Assembly (NCBI GenBank): GCA_031372065.1
Contig: JANMKN010000250.1
Coordinates: 1-58,228, forward strand
Origin: Abditibacteriaceae bacterium
GTDB taxonomy: Bacteria > Armatimonadota > Abditibacteriia > Abditibacteriales > Abditibacteriaceae
DNA: 58,228 bases
Direction of reading: 5' to 3'
The notes beneath the pieces were generated by a model. That model did no database searches, was not told the origin of the DNA, and saw nothing but the letters and a program-made list of their open reading frames with translations. Both the position numbers and the translations under genes were made by a program. This document shows, in pieces, positions 37,688 through 46,760 of the stretch; position 1 is the stretch's first letter; every line of letters begins with the position of its first letter.

Positions 37688-37724
37688 TTAAAGAGCAACT
37701 TAAATTCATATTAAGTTTTGATGA
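37688..37724 (-). promoter_or_regulatory. Pho-box-like repeat upstream of the prepilin-like gene
   Basis: TTAA at 37700 and 37711, degenerate unit near 37722, then -10-like TAAGTT. Confidence 0.4.
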
Positions 37725-37804
37725 GGCAACTTTCACCTCAAGCGCTGTGTGCAACCGGTAAACGCGAGCGGATTCTAAAATTTGCCACAAAATAAAGGAA
37801 AAAT

Positions 37805-38737
37805 ATGTCCGCATTTCAAAAATTGATGACCATCGCCGCGCTGGGAACGACAACACTCGGCGCGACGCTGACGGCTTTTGCCGCCGATGCGCCCAAGCGC
37901 AAAATTTTGTTTTTTACGAAGTCGAGTGGCTTCGAACACTCGCCGATTTCGTGGAAAAAAGGCCAGCCTTCGTGGGCCGAAAAAACGCTGACCGAACTCG
38001 GCGAAAAGAACAATTGGGAATGGATGTTTTCCAAAGATGGCTCGAAGTTCAGCAAAGATTATTTGAATCAATTCGACGCCGTGTTTTTTTACACAACGGG
38101 CGATTTGACCACCAAAGGCACCGACGGTAACCCGCCGATGACCACAGAAGGCAAGCAGGCGCTTTTCGATTATGTGCGCGCGGGCAAAGGCTTTCTCGGC
38201 ACGCATTCGGCGACGGATACCTTTCACACCGACAACGAATCTAAAAAAGGCCCGGAACGCTATCTTAATCATGGCGACAAAGCCGATGATTATGTGAAAT
38301 TTGTCGGCGCTGAATTTATCATTCACGGCGCGCAGCAGGACGCAAAAAATACCGTCATTGACCCGAAATTTCCCGGCTTTGAAAAGGCGGGCGCCGAATT
38401 TACGCTCAAGGATGAATGGTATTCGCTGAAGGATTTCGCGCCGAACGTTCATGTGCTGACCGTAATTGATGCGCCCGCCATGAAGGGCGCACCTTATGAA
38501 CGTCCGGCTTATCCGACAACATGGGCAAGGCAGGAGGGCGCGGGTCGCGTTTGGTATACGGCGATGGGACACCGCGAAGACGTGTGGACGAACCCGCTTT
38601 TTCAAGACATTTTAGTCGGCGGCATCAAATGGGCGCTGGGCGATTTGCCCGCCGATGTAACGCCTAACCTCAAGGCCGCCGCGCCCGACGCCATGACGAA
38701 CCCGCTTTATCCCGAACCCAAAGCTGCCGTGAAATAA
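37805..38737 (+). CDS. Exported ThuA-domain (class I GATase-like) protein
   Basis: ILFFTKSSGFEHS, FYTTG, GTHSATDT, DEWY, GRVWYTAMGH. Confidence 0.88.
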   Translation: MSAFQKLMTIAALGTTTLGATLTAFAADAPKRKILFFTKSSGFEHSPISWKKGQPSWAEKTLTELGEKNNWEWMFSKDGSKFSKDYLNQFDAVFFYTTGDLTTKGTDGNPPMTTEGKQALFDYVRAGKGFLGTHSATDTFHTDNESKKGPERYLNHGDKADDYVKFVGAEFIIHGAQQDAKNTVIDPKFPGFEKAGAEFTLKDEWYSLKDFAPNVHVLTVIDAPAMKGAPYERPAYPTTWARQEGAGRVWYTAMGHREDVWTNPLFQDILVGGIKWALGDLPADVTPNLKAAAPDAMTNPLYPEPKAAVK

Positions 38738-38864
38738 AGTCTTGTCCGATTGCCTGCGCCTGTCGGAACAAAAATAATTGGTGAAGTGTCGTTTGTTATA
38801 ATCAAAAAGCGCCGCGCTCAGGAATTCTTTGAAGAATTTTTCACTGCGTGGCGCTTTTGTTTTT

Positions 38865-40079
38865 ATGAACAACGCCGCCCCTGCTCCCTCACCTTCTTCG
38901 GTGCCAATTCCGCCTGCCGCGCGGCCCCGTCCGACGTTTAAAACACGTCGCTCGTGGGCCATTCATTTGTGGGATTTGGCTTATGCGCGCGAAATGCTGG
39001 TGCCGATGTGCCTCGGCATGATGGCGCTGGTTTTGGCACTCGCAGGCAACTTTGTTTATTGGGCGCTCAATTCGATCATCGGGCAAGGCATGAGCGCCGC
39101 GCCGATTTTGAAATTGTTCGTTTTGGCGGCGCCCGGTTTTGCTGTGCAAGGCATTCCCGTCGGCGTGATTTTAGCGGTTTGCTTGGTGCTGAATCGCGCT
39201 GTGCGCGACAACGAAATCATCGCGCTGCGTTCGAGTGGCGCTTCAATGGGGCGCATCGTCGCGCCGTTTATGGTGATGGCTTTATTTGCCAGCTTGTTCA
39301 ACTGGCTGATGATCGAAAAAATCATCCCGCGCACCAACGAAATGGCAAGCAAAACCATGATGACACTGATGTCGCGCGCGGCCATTCCGCTGATGCAAGC
39401 CGATAAATATTTTCGCGTCGGGCCATATTATTTTTATGTGCGCGATGTGGATTCCAACACGAAAGTTTTAAGTGACGTGATGATTTACGAACACGCGGGT
39501 AGCGGGCCGATGGCAAGCATCGCCATGACGCCATTTCCCACGGTGTATTTGGCAAAATCAGCCCACGAAAACCCAAAAGTGCCGAATCAGTGGATTCTCA
39601 CTGATGTTTTCACGCACTTTTACGACGAAAAAGGCATCGAACGGCTTTTTAAGCACGAAGAACGCGTGACTTTGAATTTGGGGCGCGATATTTCCACTTA
39701 TTGGGGCGACGATAAAGAACCGTTCGCCATGACCAGCGATGAATTGGCGCAGCGCATCAAAGACCTATCGCAAGCCGCCTATGACCAAAACAGAGTCAAC
39801 AGCATGAGAGTGGATTATTACCGTCGCTCGGCCTTGGCTGTCGCGTCGCTAATGATGGCTTGGGTCGCCGCACCGATGGCTTTGCGTTTTGCGCGGCATG
39901 GCTCGTTTGCGGGACTCGTTTTAGCCTTTGGGTTGGCCTTTTTCTATCAAGGTTTTGAAGGCTGGTTCCGTGCTTTGGGCATCGCTTACCCCGACAGATT
40001 CCCTGCTTTGATGGCCGCATGGCTGACGAATGTGATTTTTCTTTTTCTCGGCGGCCTGCTTTTGTGGCGCGAGCGTTAA
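38865..40079 (+). CDS. LptF/LptG family LPS export permease
   Basis: RDNEIIALRSSGAS motif; 3+3 TM layout; AAWLTNVIF. Confidence 0.88.
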   Translation: MNNAAPAPSPSSVPIPPAARPRPTFKTRRSWAIHLWDLAYAREMLVPMCLGMMALVLALAGNFVYWALNSIIGQGMSAAPILKLFVLAAPGFAVQGIPVGVILAVCLVLNRAVRDNEIIALRSSGASMGRIVAPFMVMALFASLFNWLMIEKIIPRTNEMASKTMMTLMSRAAIPLMQADKYFRVGPYYFYVRDVDSNTKVLSDVMIYEHAGSGPMASIAMTPFPTVYLAKSAHENPKVPNQWILTDVFTHFYDEKGIERLFKHEERVTLNLGRDISTYWGDDKEPFAMTSDELAQRIKDLSQAAYDQNRVNSMRVDYYRRSALAVASLMMAWVAAPMALRFARHGSFAGLVLAFGLAFFYQGFEGWFRALGIAYPDRFPALMAAWLTNVIFLFLGGLLLWRER

Positions 40080-40085
40080 TTTTTC

Positions 40086-42512
40086 ATGAATCGCAGTTTT
40101 TTTCGGCGCGCGGCGCCTTTATCCGGCCTTTTGCTGTTTCCGCTCATCGCGCACGCGCAAAATCAGGACTTGCCACCAGCGGAACCGGCGGCGGCCAAAC
40201 CCTCGCCTTTGCCCGTAGAAAAAGACGCGCCGCCCGCTTTAATCCCCGATATAAAGCAGCCGTTCGAGGTGACGCCGTCAGGGGGCACGCCATTCGCCGA
40301 AGAACGCAAACCGCCGCCGCCCGCTGAGAATTTGCCGGAAATTTCGCCGCCAACAGTCAGCGGCAAAGAACTGCCCGGCGGCCAATTCACCTTGCAATCG
40401 CTTGACGACAAAGAACCGGAACTGATTTATTTGGGCGAACAAAAATTAATCATTTCAGAAAAGCCTGTGCGATTATCTTACGGCAAATTTTCGGTGGTCG
40501 GTGATCGTTTGGTCATTGATTCCAACAAAAATCTGGCAACGCTAACCGGCAAACTGACCGTTAAAAGCGGCGACCAGAATTTGTCAGGGCGCACCTTAAC
40601 TTACGATTTGGATTCGGGCGTTTGGCAATTATTCGATCTCGAAAAAACTTTTCCGCCGGAGTTTTTTCCGAACCAGAGCGTGATTGAACCAATTTATGTG
40701 CGCGGTCAAAAAATCACTGGCGACCAAGGCCGCGTAACGGGCACCGATTTTTCAGTTTCTTCGTGTAACCGGGGCCATTATTATATTTTGTCGCGCGAAG
40801 TGCGTTTTTATCGCGATAAAGAAGACGAACCAACGCGCATCGTTTTGCGCCGCAATTCCATCTACGTTTTGGGAAAACGTATCGTGCCGCTGCCGGTGTT
40901 TTCGGTCAACTTGAATTCCGGTATCAGTCGCCGCGTGCCGTTGCAGCCGACCTTCGGCCAAAACGCTTACGACGGCGTTTTCGTGAAGTCCACTTATTCG
41001 TTAGCCGCCAACGCCAAACGCACCGATAACTTACTCATTGACCTCTTGCAAAAACGCGGCTTGGGCTTGGGATTTAATCGCGAATTGGCCTCCGGAGCGG
41101 GCGTTTTTTATCTGTATGCGCTGACGGGAAAAAGCGGCGGGCGACAAATTGATAGCCGCGTCAATCGCATCTGGAAAATCAGCAAGCCGCTGACGGCGAC
41201 GCTCAATTTTCAATCCACGCAAAACAGTTCCGCAGGCTTTACAGGCTCCTCGCGCACCGGCGATTTGAACTTTTCCTATGAAAAACCGAATATCCAAAGC
41301 AGCCTTTTGTTGCGCAGCGGCCAAAGCGATGGCAGCGGCAGTTCTTTCAAAGACTTCGGCGTGACGTTGCAGCATCGTCAAACCATCGGCAAGTTTTCGG
41401 TGGATGCGGGCACGGTTTACAGCACCAACTCATTTGGCGCGGGCAACGATTCCAAGACAATGGATAACACCGTGCTTTTAAACTGGCGGCAAAAGCGCCT
41501 TGATTTGTTTTTGCGCGCCGAGAATCACGATGATTTAACCGGCACCAATCAGCGCAATGGCGCTTATCAACTCGAACGCTTGCCGGAATTCGGTTTCGTC
41601 ACCGATACCGCGCGCACCAAAATTCCGTTTTTCTCCAAATTCGCGCCGGGCAATTTGGCGCTCGGCTTTGGCGAATTCAACGAGCCGTCTTCGGGGCAAA
41701 AACTCTCGCGCACGGCGTTTACTTACAACTTCAATCCACGCACGTTTACCTTGTTAAAGCGCGGCACTTTCAAATCGGAATTGACGGCTGTCGGGCGCTT
41801 TGAGCAGGCGTTTTATTCCAACGACACGGCACGCTATAACTACGATACATTTTTGAACTTTAACACTGAATTAGGTCGCGCTTCAGTGCGTTTGAACTAT
41901 ATCAAGCAGCAATTTCGCGGTTTCACGCCGTTTCAATTCGATTTTTTGTTTCCCAGCCAATCAATAGACGGCACCTTGGCTTATCGCATCGCTGACAAAT
42001 TCGAGTTTGAATTAACCGGCGGTCAGGATTTGGAAAATAAAGTGGCGCGCGACATCGTGACGCAAATTCGTTTTCGGCCACGAAAAACAATTTTCCTCTC
42101 GTTTGGCGCCAATTATTCGCGCGAAACCAGTCAATTTGGTGATTTAGTGTCAAATTTACACTATGAGCGGCCTGACAAACGCTTTTTGCAAGGCACGGTG
42201 GATTTGGGCGTGCGCTATTCGGCGCAAAGCAACAAACTCTCGCGCATCAACGCCGCTGCGGACATGGCGATTACTAAGAAAACGCACATTCAGGCCCTTG
42301 GCAGTTACAACGGCTTTTCCAGCACCTTCGATTTCGCGCAAATCCGCCTGACGCGCGATTTGCATTGCTTTAATTTGTATGCGACGTTCGACCAGCAACG
42401 CAAAGAAATTCGCTTCGACTTGGCCTTGAAAGCCTTCCCTTTCTTCGACACGCGCTTTGGCCGCAATGACACCGGCACCGGCTTCACGCCCTATTTCGGA
42501 CAGGTTCAGTAG
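40086..42512 (+). CDS. LptD-like outer-membrane LPS assembly protein
   Basis: Signal peptide, OstA-like jellyroll, FSVSSC, LERLPE, large beta-barrel with RDLHCF; adjacent to lptF/G. Confidence 0.75.
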   Translation: MNRSFFRRAAPLSGLLLFPLIAHAQNQDLPPAEPAAAKPSPLPVEKDAPPALIPDIKQPFEVTPSGGTPFAEERKPPPPAENLPEISPPTVSGKELPGGQFTLQSLDDKEPELIYLGEQKLIISEKPVRLSYGKFSVVGDRLVIDSNKNLATLTGKLTVKSGDQNLSGRTLTYDLDSGVWQLFDLEKTFPPEFFPNQSVIEPIYVRGQKITGDQGRVTGTDFSVSSCNRGHYYILSREVRFYRDKEDEPTRIVLRRNSIYVLGKRIVPLPVFSVNLNSGISRRVPLQPTFGQNAYDGVFVKSTYSLAANAKRTDNLLIDLLQKRGLGLGFNRELASGAGVFYLYALTGKSGGRQIDSRVNRIWKISKPLTATLNFQSTQNSSAGFTGSSRTGDLNFSYEKPNIQSSLLLRSGQSDGSGSSFKDFGVTLQHRQTIGKFSVDAGTVYSTNSFGAGNDSKTMDNTVLLNWRQKRLDLFLRAENHDDLTGTNQRNGAYQLERLPEFGFVTDTARTKIPFFSKFAPGNLALGFGEFNEPSSGQKLSRTAFTYNFNPRTFTLLKRGTFKSELTAVGRFEQAFYSNDTARYNYDTFLNFNTELGRASVRLNYIKQQFRGFTPFQFDFLFPSQSIDGTLAYRIADKFEFELTGGQDLENKVARDIVTQIRFRPRKTIFLSFGANYSRETSQFGDLVSNLHYERPDKRFLQGTVDLGVRYSAQSNKLSRINAAADMAITKKTHIQALGSYNGFSSTFDFAQIRLTRDLHCFNLYATFDQQRKEIRFDLALKAFPFFDTRFGRNDTGTGFTPYFGQVQ

Positions 42513-42683
42513 AGCCTCGCCAATAAACGCGTTTAAGACAAACATGAAGTGAATTTTGGGTTGGTTTTATCAAGCGAAAAAACTTGATTGCCCCCTTACA
42601 TCCATCTTTTCATCAGAGTTATAATATTGGTCATCCTTCGTATCAGGCGAGGGAAATTAACAGTGTTGGTTAGGAGAAATATC

Positions 42684-43163
42684 GTGGCCGATTTCGATTT
42701 ACCCGCGCCGCTGACGGCGCAAGAATTACAAGATGTGAACACACATCTTGATGCACTGGAAACGCTTTTAAGCCGCTTTGATATCAGTCTGACGCCGGAG
42801 CAGATCAGGCAAATGCAAAAGATGGGGCAAAAGAGCGTGCCATTTGCCCAAGAGTGTCTTGCCGCTGCACAAAACAATGGCAGCGCGTTGCCTCCTGATT
42901 TCGATGTCGCCGCTTTTGCCGTCGCGCTCGCTCTTTACAATCAGATGGCTACCATTGGGCTTAAACTCAAGCAAATGACCGACGGCGTCGAAAATACCGC
43001 CACCGTCGCCGGTTCGCAAACGATGGGTGATGCCAATTCGGTTTATGGCTACTTCAAAACTGGCGCCCGCAAAAAGGCGGCGCTCAAAGCCATAGTCGCT
43101 CTGCTCGCCGAACGCTACAAACAATCGCGCGCCAAAACGCCGCCACCGAACAATCCGGCTTAA
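42684..43163 (+). CDS. Helical hypothetical protein (~159 aa)
   Basis: RBS AGGAG before GTG; SLTPEQIRQMQKMG..F..LP.DFD..AGS..VYGY..LAERY pattern resembling a widespread uncharacterised family (from memory). Confidence 0.8.
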   Translation: MADFDLPAPLTAQELQDVNTHLDALETLLSRFDISLTPEQIRQMQKMGQKSVPFAQECLAAAQNNGSALPPDFDVAAFAVALALYNQMATIGLKLKQMTDGVENTATVAGSQTMGDANSVYGYFKTGARKKAALKAIVALLAERYKQSRAKTPPPNNPA

Positions 43164-43174
43164 ACATTCCCTTT

Positions 43175-43531
43175 CATCACACAAAAAGTGCTGACATCAG
43201 ACAAAAAGTGCTGCCATCACATAAAAAGAGCAGCGAACGAGTAAAAAATACTCGTTCGCCGCTCTTTTTGTCTGATAACGAGTATTTTCTATTCAATCAC
43301 GAGTATTTTTTATTCAACGTTGAGTCTTCGATACTCGTGATTGAATCTCCAATACTCAACGTTGAATGATTTTCATTCAATCGCGAGTCTCTAACACTCG
43401 ACGTTAAATAAAAATCATTCGTGAACGAGTATTTTTTATTTAACGTCGAGTGTTTTACATTCGTGAGCGAGTGTTTTTTATTCAACGTTAAATGTTTTTC
43501 ATTCAATGGCGACTATTTGAGATTCGTTGGT
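43175..43531. repeat. Three 20-bp repeats, long hairpin, then twelve 21-bp units with a GART-N7-AYTC core
   Basis: CATCACACAAAAAGTGCTGA-like x3 (43175,43195,43215); hairpin 43223-43269; units every 21 bp from 43280 to 43511. Confidence 0.9.
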
Positions 43532-43561
43532 GAGTTCTCAAACGCGTCCACAGGTCAAATC

Positions 43562-43744
43562 TCAACCGCGAAACAGCAGGCCAGAGAGAAAGTTTTCGAC
43601 GCCGCGCATTTCGACGAGCGAGGCGACCATCAGCGCGGCTAAGATGAAAATGGTGGCGCCCAAAGTGAATTCAACGGCGAAGTCAATCCACGCCAGCAAG
43701 CGAACAAACCAATGCGGTTTTGAATGTTCCATGAGGTGCATCAT
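43562..43744 (-). CDS. Small hydrophobic hypothetical protein
   Basis: RBS AAGGA; TM-like FTLGATIFILAALMVASLV. Confidence 0.45.
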   Translation of the reverse strand: MMHLMEHSKPHWFVRLLAWIDFAVEFTLGATIFILAALMVASLVEMRGVENFLSGLLFRG

Positions 43745-43903
43745 CCTTTTGCTTCGCCCGATTGGTTTTTGTGTTAGCGAAGCGTAACTTCTTTTTCCAC
43801 AAACCGCTTGTATTTTGAAAACTCTTATAAATGAAATGCAGGGTCAACTTTGTCTTGCGGGTTTTGGCACCAAAGGGAGGTCCATATGTCATAAAATCTC
43901 CTT

Positions 43904-44251
43904 ATGGCTTTAAGCGACCTATATCCCGAATTGTGTCAATGGCTTACGCATGGCGGTTTGCTTAGTGTCCGTCCAGAAAGCGAGATGAAAATTATCGCTT
44001 GGGTTGGTGATGCTGGCGGCTTTCCTATTGACGGAAGTTGCACCGCGACCACTGTGGATGACTTATTTGCCGCCGTTGAAAAGAAAATTGCCTCGTGGCG
44101 GGTTCAAAATTACGAATTACAACAGCAAATCCTGAACGATATGCCGAATGTGTGTCGGCATGACAAAGAAATTTGCGTGACAGGCTGGCCGCCCATTCCC
44201 AACCCGCATTACGACCCGTCAGCCCTACCACCTTGGCAGGAAGAAGCCTGA
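43904..44251 (+). CDS. Hypothetical protein
   Basis: ATG-initiated 115-aa ORF with no competing long ORF. Confidence 0.55.
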   Translation: MALSDLYPELCQWLTHGGLLSVRPESEMKIIAWVGDAGGFPIDGSCTATTVDDLFAAVEKKIASWRVQNYELQQQILNDMPNVCRHDKEICVTGWPPIPNPHYDPSALPPWQEEA

Positions 44252-44256
44252 CTTTT

Positions 44257-44290
44257 TTCATTCCAGCACGCCGAGTTCGACATCGGGCAC
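44257..44290. repeat. 34-bp direct repeat, copy 1 (duplicate of the 3' end of gene 44889..46652)
   Basis: TTCATTCCAGCACGCCGAGTTCGACATCGGGCAC identical to 44888-44921. Confidence 0.95.
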
Positions 44291-44341
44291 GGGGCGCGGA
44301 TTTAATAGTTGCGTATGATAAAATATCGTCAGGAGGTCATA

Positions 44342-44563
44342 ATGATACAAACCATTGAAGCGCTCATTGACGAAAACGGCAAGGTGAGTTTATTGGAAGA
44401 AGTTCATCTCCCAACGCCGCGCCGCGCGCTTGTGACTATATTAGACGAAGCGGCCAGCGACAAATCCGCAACCGCTTTGCTCAGTGAGGCGGCTCTTGCT
44501 GTCGATTGGAACCGTCCGGAGGAGGACGAAGCGTGGTCACACCTTCAGCCGGTGTCGTCGTAA
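44342..44563 (+). CDS. Putative antitoxin of a PemK/MazF module
   Basis: RBS AGGAGG; AbrB-like N-terminus IEALIDENGKV; C-terminal LSEAALAVDWNRPEEDEAW; overlaps toxin start. Confidence 0.75.
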   Translation: MIQTIEALIDENGKVSLLEEVHLPTPRRALVTILDEAASDKSATALLSEAALAVDWNRPEEDEAWSHLQPVSS

Positions 44564-44886
44564 CCGTTCTCTTTCCTTTTTCCGACCTCAGCAGTTCAAA
44601 GTTGCGCCCCGCAGTCGTCTTGGCCGATGCATGACGCGGCGATTCGGTGTTATGCCAGTTGACCAGCAATCCTTATGCTGATCCCGCTGCCGTTCAAATC
44701 GAAAACGAAGACTTTGCTACCGGTTCGCTGCGCCGCACAAGTTACGCCCGGCCCGGCAAAATCTTTACGGCCAACGAAAGTTTGATGGCAACTGAAGTCG
44801 GCCAACTCAAAGACGATGCATTTCGCGCCGTCGCCAATGCAGTTGTTCATCTTTTGCAAGCCAACATTCCATGTGAGGAAGAGTAG
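44533..44886 (+). pseudogene. mazF: PemK/MazF-family toxin interrupted by in-frame TGA
   Basis: MVTPSAGVVVTVLFPFSDLSSSKLRPAVVLADA*RGDSVLCQLTS...SYARPGKIFT; TGA at 44632-44634. Confidence 0.85.
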
Positions 44887-44887
44887 C

Positions 44888-44921
44888 TTCATTCCAGCAC
44901 GCCGAGTTCGACATCGGGCAC
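44888..44921. repeat. 34-bp direct repeat, copy 2
   Basis: Identical to 44257-44290; contains the stop codon of the beta-helix gene. Confidence 0.95.
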
Positions 44922-46652
44922 AGGGCCGCGCGGATAGGCGTGCTGGCGAAAAACGGGGCTTCCGGCGGGGACGACGAAATTGCGCGTCAGGTAATCGGGG
45001 AAGTCGAACGGCTCCACGATACTACCCTGCTCTAATTTCAATTCGGCGCGCACCGCATCCAGATTTTCATACTTTTTATTGCGCTTCCAGGATGTGCCCC
45101 AATTGAACACGCCCTGATTGTCGTGCGCGGCGTAAAGGTTGTTTTCAAATTTGAAATTCAGCGTTTCCAGCGATAAACCAAGCGGCTGGCCTTTGTCATC
45201 TTTGGCGCCGTATTCTTTGGCGATATCCTGCGCGGCTTTGGTGTTTTCCGGCTTGTGTTCCTGCATTACGGAGGGCCAATGGCGCTCATCATTGACATCA
45301 AACCAGCCCCAGACTTGCGCATCGCGGTTATAAGCCAAAGTGTTGTTGCGCACCGTAGTGTCGTGATTCCAAACCGGATGCTCCGGCGTGCCTTTGGGGT
45401 CATCAATCTTCGGCGTGGTGCGTTTTTGTTCGCGGAACGCCAAGCCTTCTTTGTTACCAATAAGCAGATTGTGTTCAATTAAACAGCCGGGCGAACTGGA
45501 AAGTGCGATGCCCGCCGCCGCGCCCCACGCGCCGGGGCCGCTTTGCAGGCCGTTACCGAGAATTACGTTGTCCGTTGCTTTAAGTCCATAAGAAATTTCG
45601 TAGAAAATCCCGGCATCTTCATTGTCGGCGATTAAACAATGGCTTACCGTGTTGTCTTCATTGCCGATGTCGAACCAAATGCCGTTGCCCCGGTTTTCGA
45701 GAAAGCGCGAGCGCTCGAAAATCGCGCCGCGCGTAAAAGCGATTTTATCGCCGCCCGCTTCCCAACCGCGAGAGAAGTTTTTCACGTTGTTATTGCGCAC
45801 AAGGCATTCGCTGAACATCAAATTATGGGCGTGATTGGCGCCGAAACCAAGCTGCCCGTTGTCTTGAAAGGTGCAGTTGCGCACGATTTGGTCGGGTGCC
45901 AAAAACGCCGCGCCGCTGGAATTGGTGCGCTCGAAAACACATTCGATAATTTCATCGCCACGCCCTTTGAATTGCGCCGCTGCACTTTGCGCTTGATTGG
46001 CCGCGTAACGAAAACGCACGCCGCGCGTAACGACATATTCGCCTTTCACGTCCCACAGCAAGTTGCGCGTTGAGGCTTCCACTTTGGGCGCCCAATTGGG
46101 GTCGTCATCGAGTTTTGCACCGTTATTTGTCCACACATAGAGCTTTTTACTGTCTACATCGGCGAAAAACGTCCCGCGCGCCAATTGCTGCCGTTTTAGC
46201 ACCTGCAAAAGTGGGTAATTGTCGGCAAAAACCTGCTCGGCGCGACCAATTAAGGCGTGATAATCGTCGCCGGGATGCGTGCCAGTTTGGCTCCACGTCA
46301 AAAACCGATGCGGCCAATCTACGACGAAAATGTTGTCCGGCGAAGCCACGTCAGCCTTTTGCCAACCGAGGATTCTATCGGCGCCAGTGACGATCACACT
46401 TTCGGCATTGGCCGCTTCAAAGCGAAGCGGCTTGTCTTTGGTGCCGCTGGTTTCAATCGTCACAGTTTCACGGTAAGTGCCCGCGTGAATCGAAACCACA
46501 TCGCCCGCAAGAGCCACTTTCGCGGCGTCATTTATCGTGCGAAATTGCGCGGCGGCGGGCACGTTTTTAAGTTCCTGCGGCGCGACGTGCAATGTGCGCG
46601 CGGCGACGGGAAAAGTCAGGCAAAAAGCGGCCAGCAGGAGAAAACTTCGCAT
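44889..46652 (-). CDS. Secreted right-handed parallel beta-helix protein (pectin-lyase-like fold)
   Basis: Signal peptide; FRTINDAA...AGDVVSIHAGTYRE; GIWFD, GIFYEIS repeats. Confidence 0.85.
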   Translation of the reverse strand: MRSFLLLAAFCLTFPVAARTLHVAPQELKNVPAAAQFRTINDAAKVALAGDVVSIHAGTYRETVTIETSGTKDKPLRFEAANAESVIVTGADRILGWQKADVASPDNIFVVDWPHRFLTWSQTGTHPGDDYHALIGRAEQVFADNYPLLQVLKRQQLARGTFFADVDSKKLYVWTNNGAKLDDDPNWAPKVEASTRNLLWDVKGEYVVTRGVRFRYAANQAQSAAAQFKGRGDEIIECVFERTNSSGAAFLAPDQIVRNCTFQDNGQLGFGANHAHNLMFSECLVRNNNVKNFSRGWEAGGDKIAFTRGAIFERSRFLENRGNGIWFDIGNEDNTVSHCLIADNEDAGIFYEISYGLKATDNVILGNGLQSGPGAWGAAAGIALSSSPGCLIEHNLLIGNKEGLAFREQKRTTPKIDDPKGTPEHPVWNHDTTVRNNTLAYNRDAQVWGWFDVNDERHWPSVMQEHKPENTKAAQDIAKEYGAKDDKGQPLGLSLETLNFKFENNLYAAHDNQGVFNWGTSWKRNKKYENLDAVRAELKLEQGSIVEPFDFPDYLTRNFVVPAGSPVFRQHAYPRGPVPDVELGVLE

Positions 46653-46760
46653 GATTGAAGTGTGACAAAAATCAGCTTTTGCTTTTTCGGTGCCTCATGC
46701 CCAAAACGAATCTGCCCGAAAAGGCGACGATTCTGGCGTCGTTGCAAACACGATTAGACG

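Noticed and set aside
37775..38605. 276-aa minus-strand ORF
   Set aside because: Antisense shadow of the ThuA-domain gene
43297..43642. ORFs 43297..43506 (-) and 43421..43642 (+)
   Set aside because: Derived from the 21-bp array; no RBS or domain support
44632..44634. Selenocysteine or recoded TGA in the toxin
   Set aside because: The position corresponds to Gly rather than Cys, no SECIS-like hairpin is evident, and TGA is a normal stop elsewhere in the window
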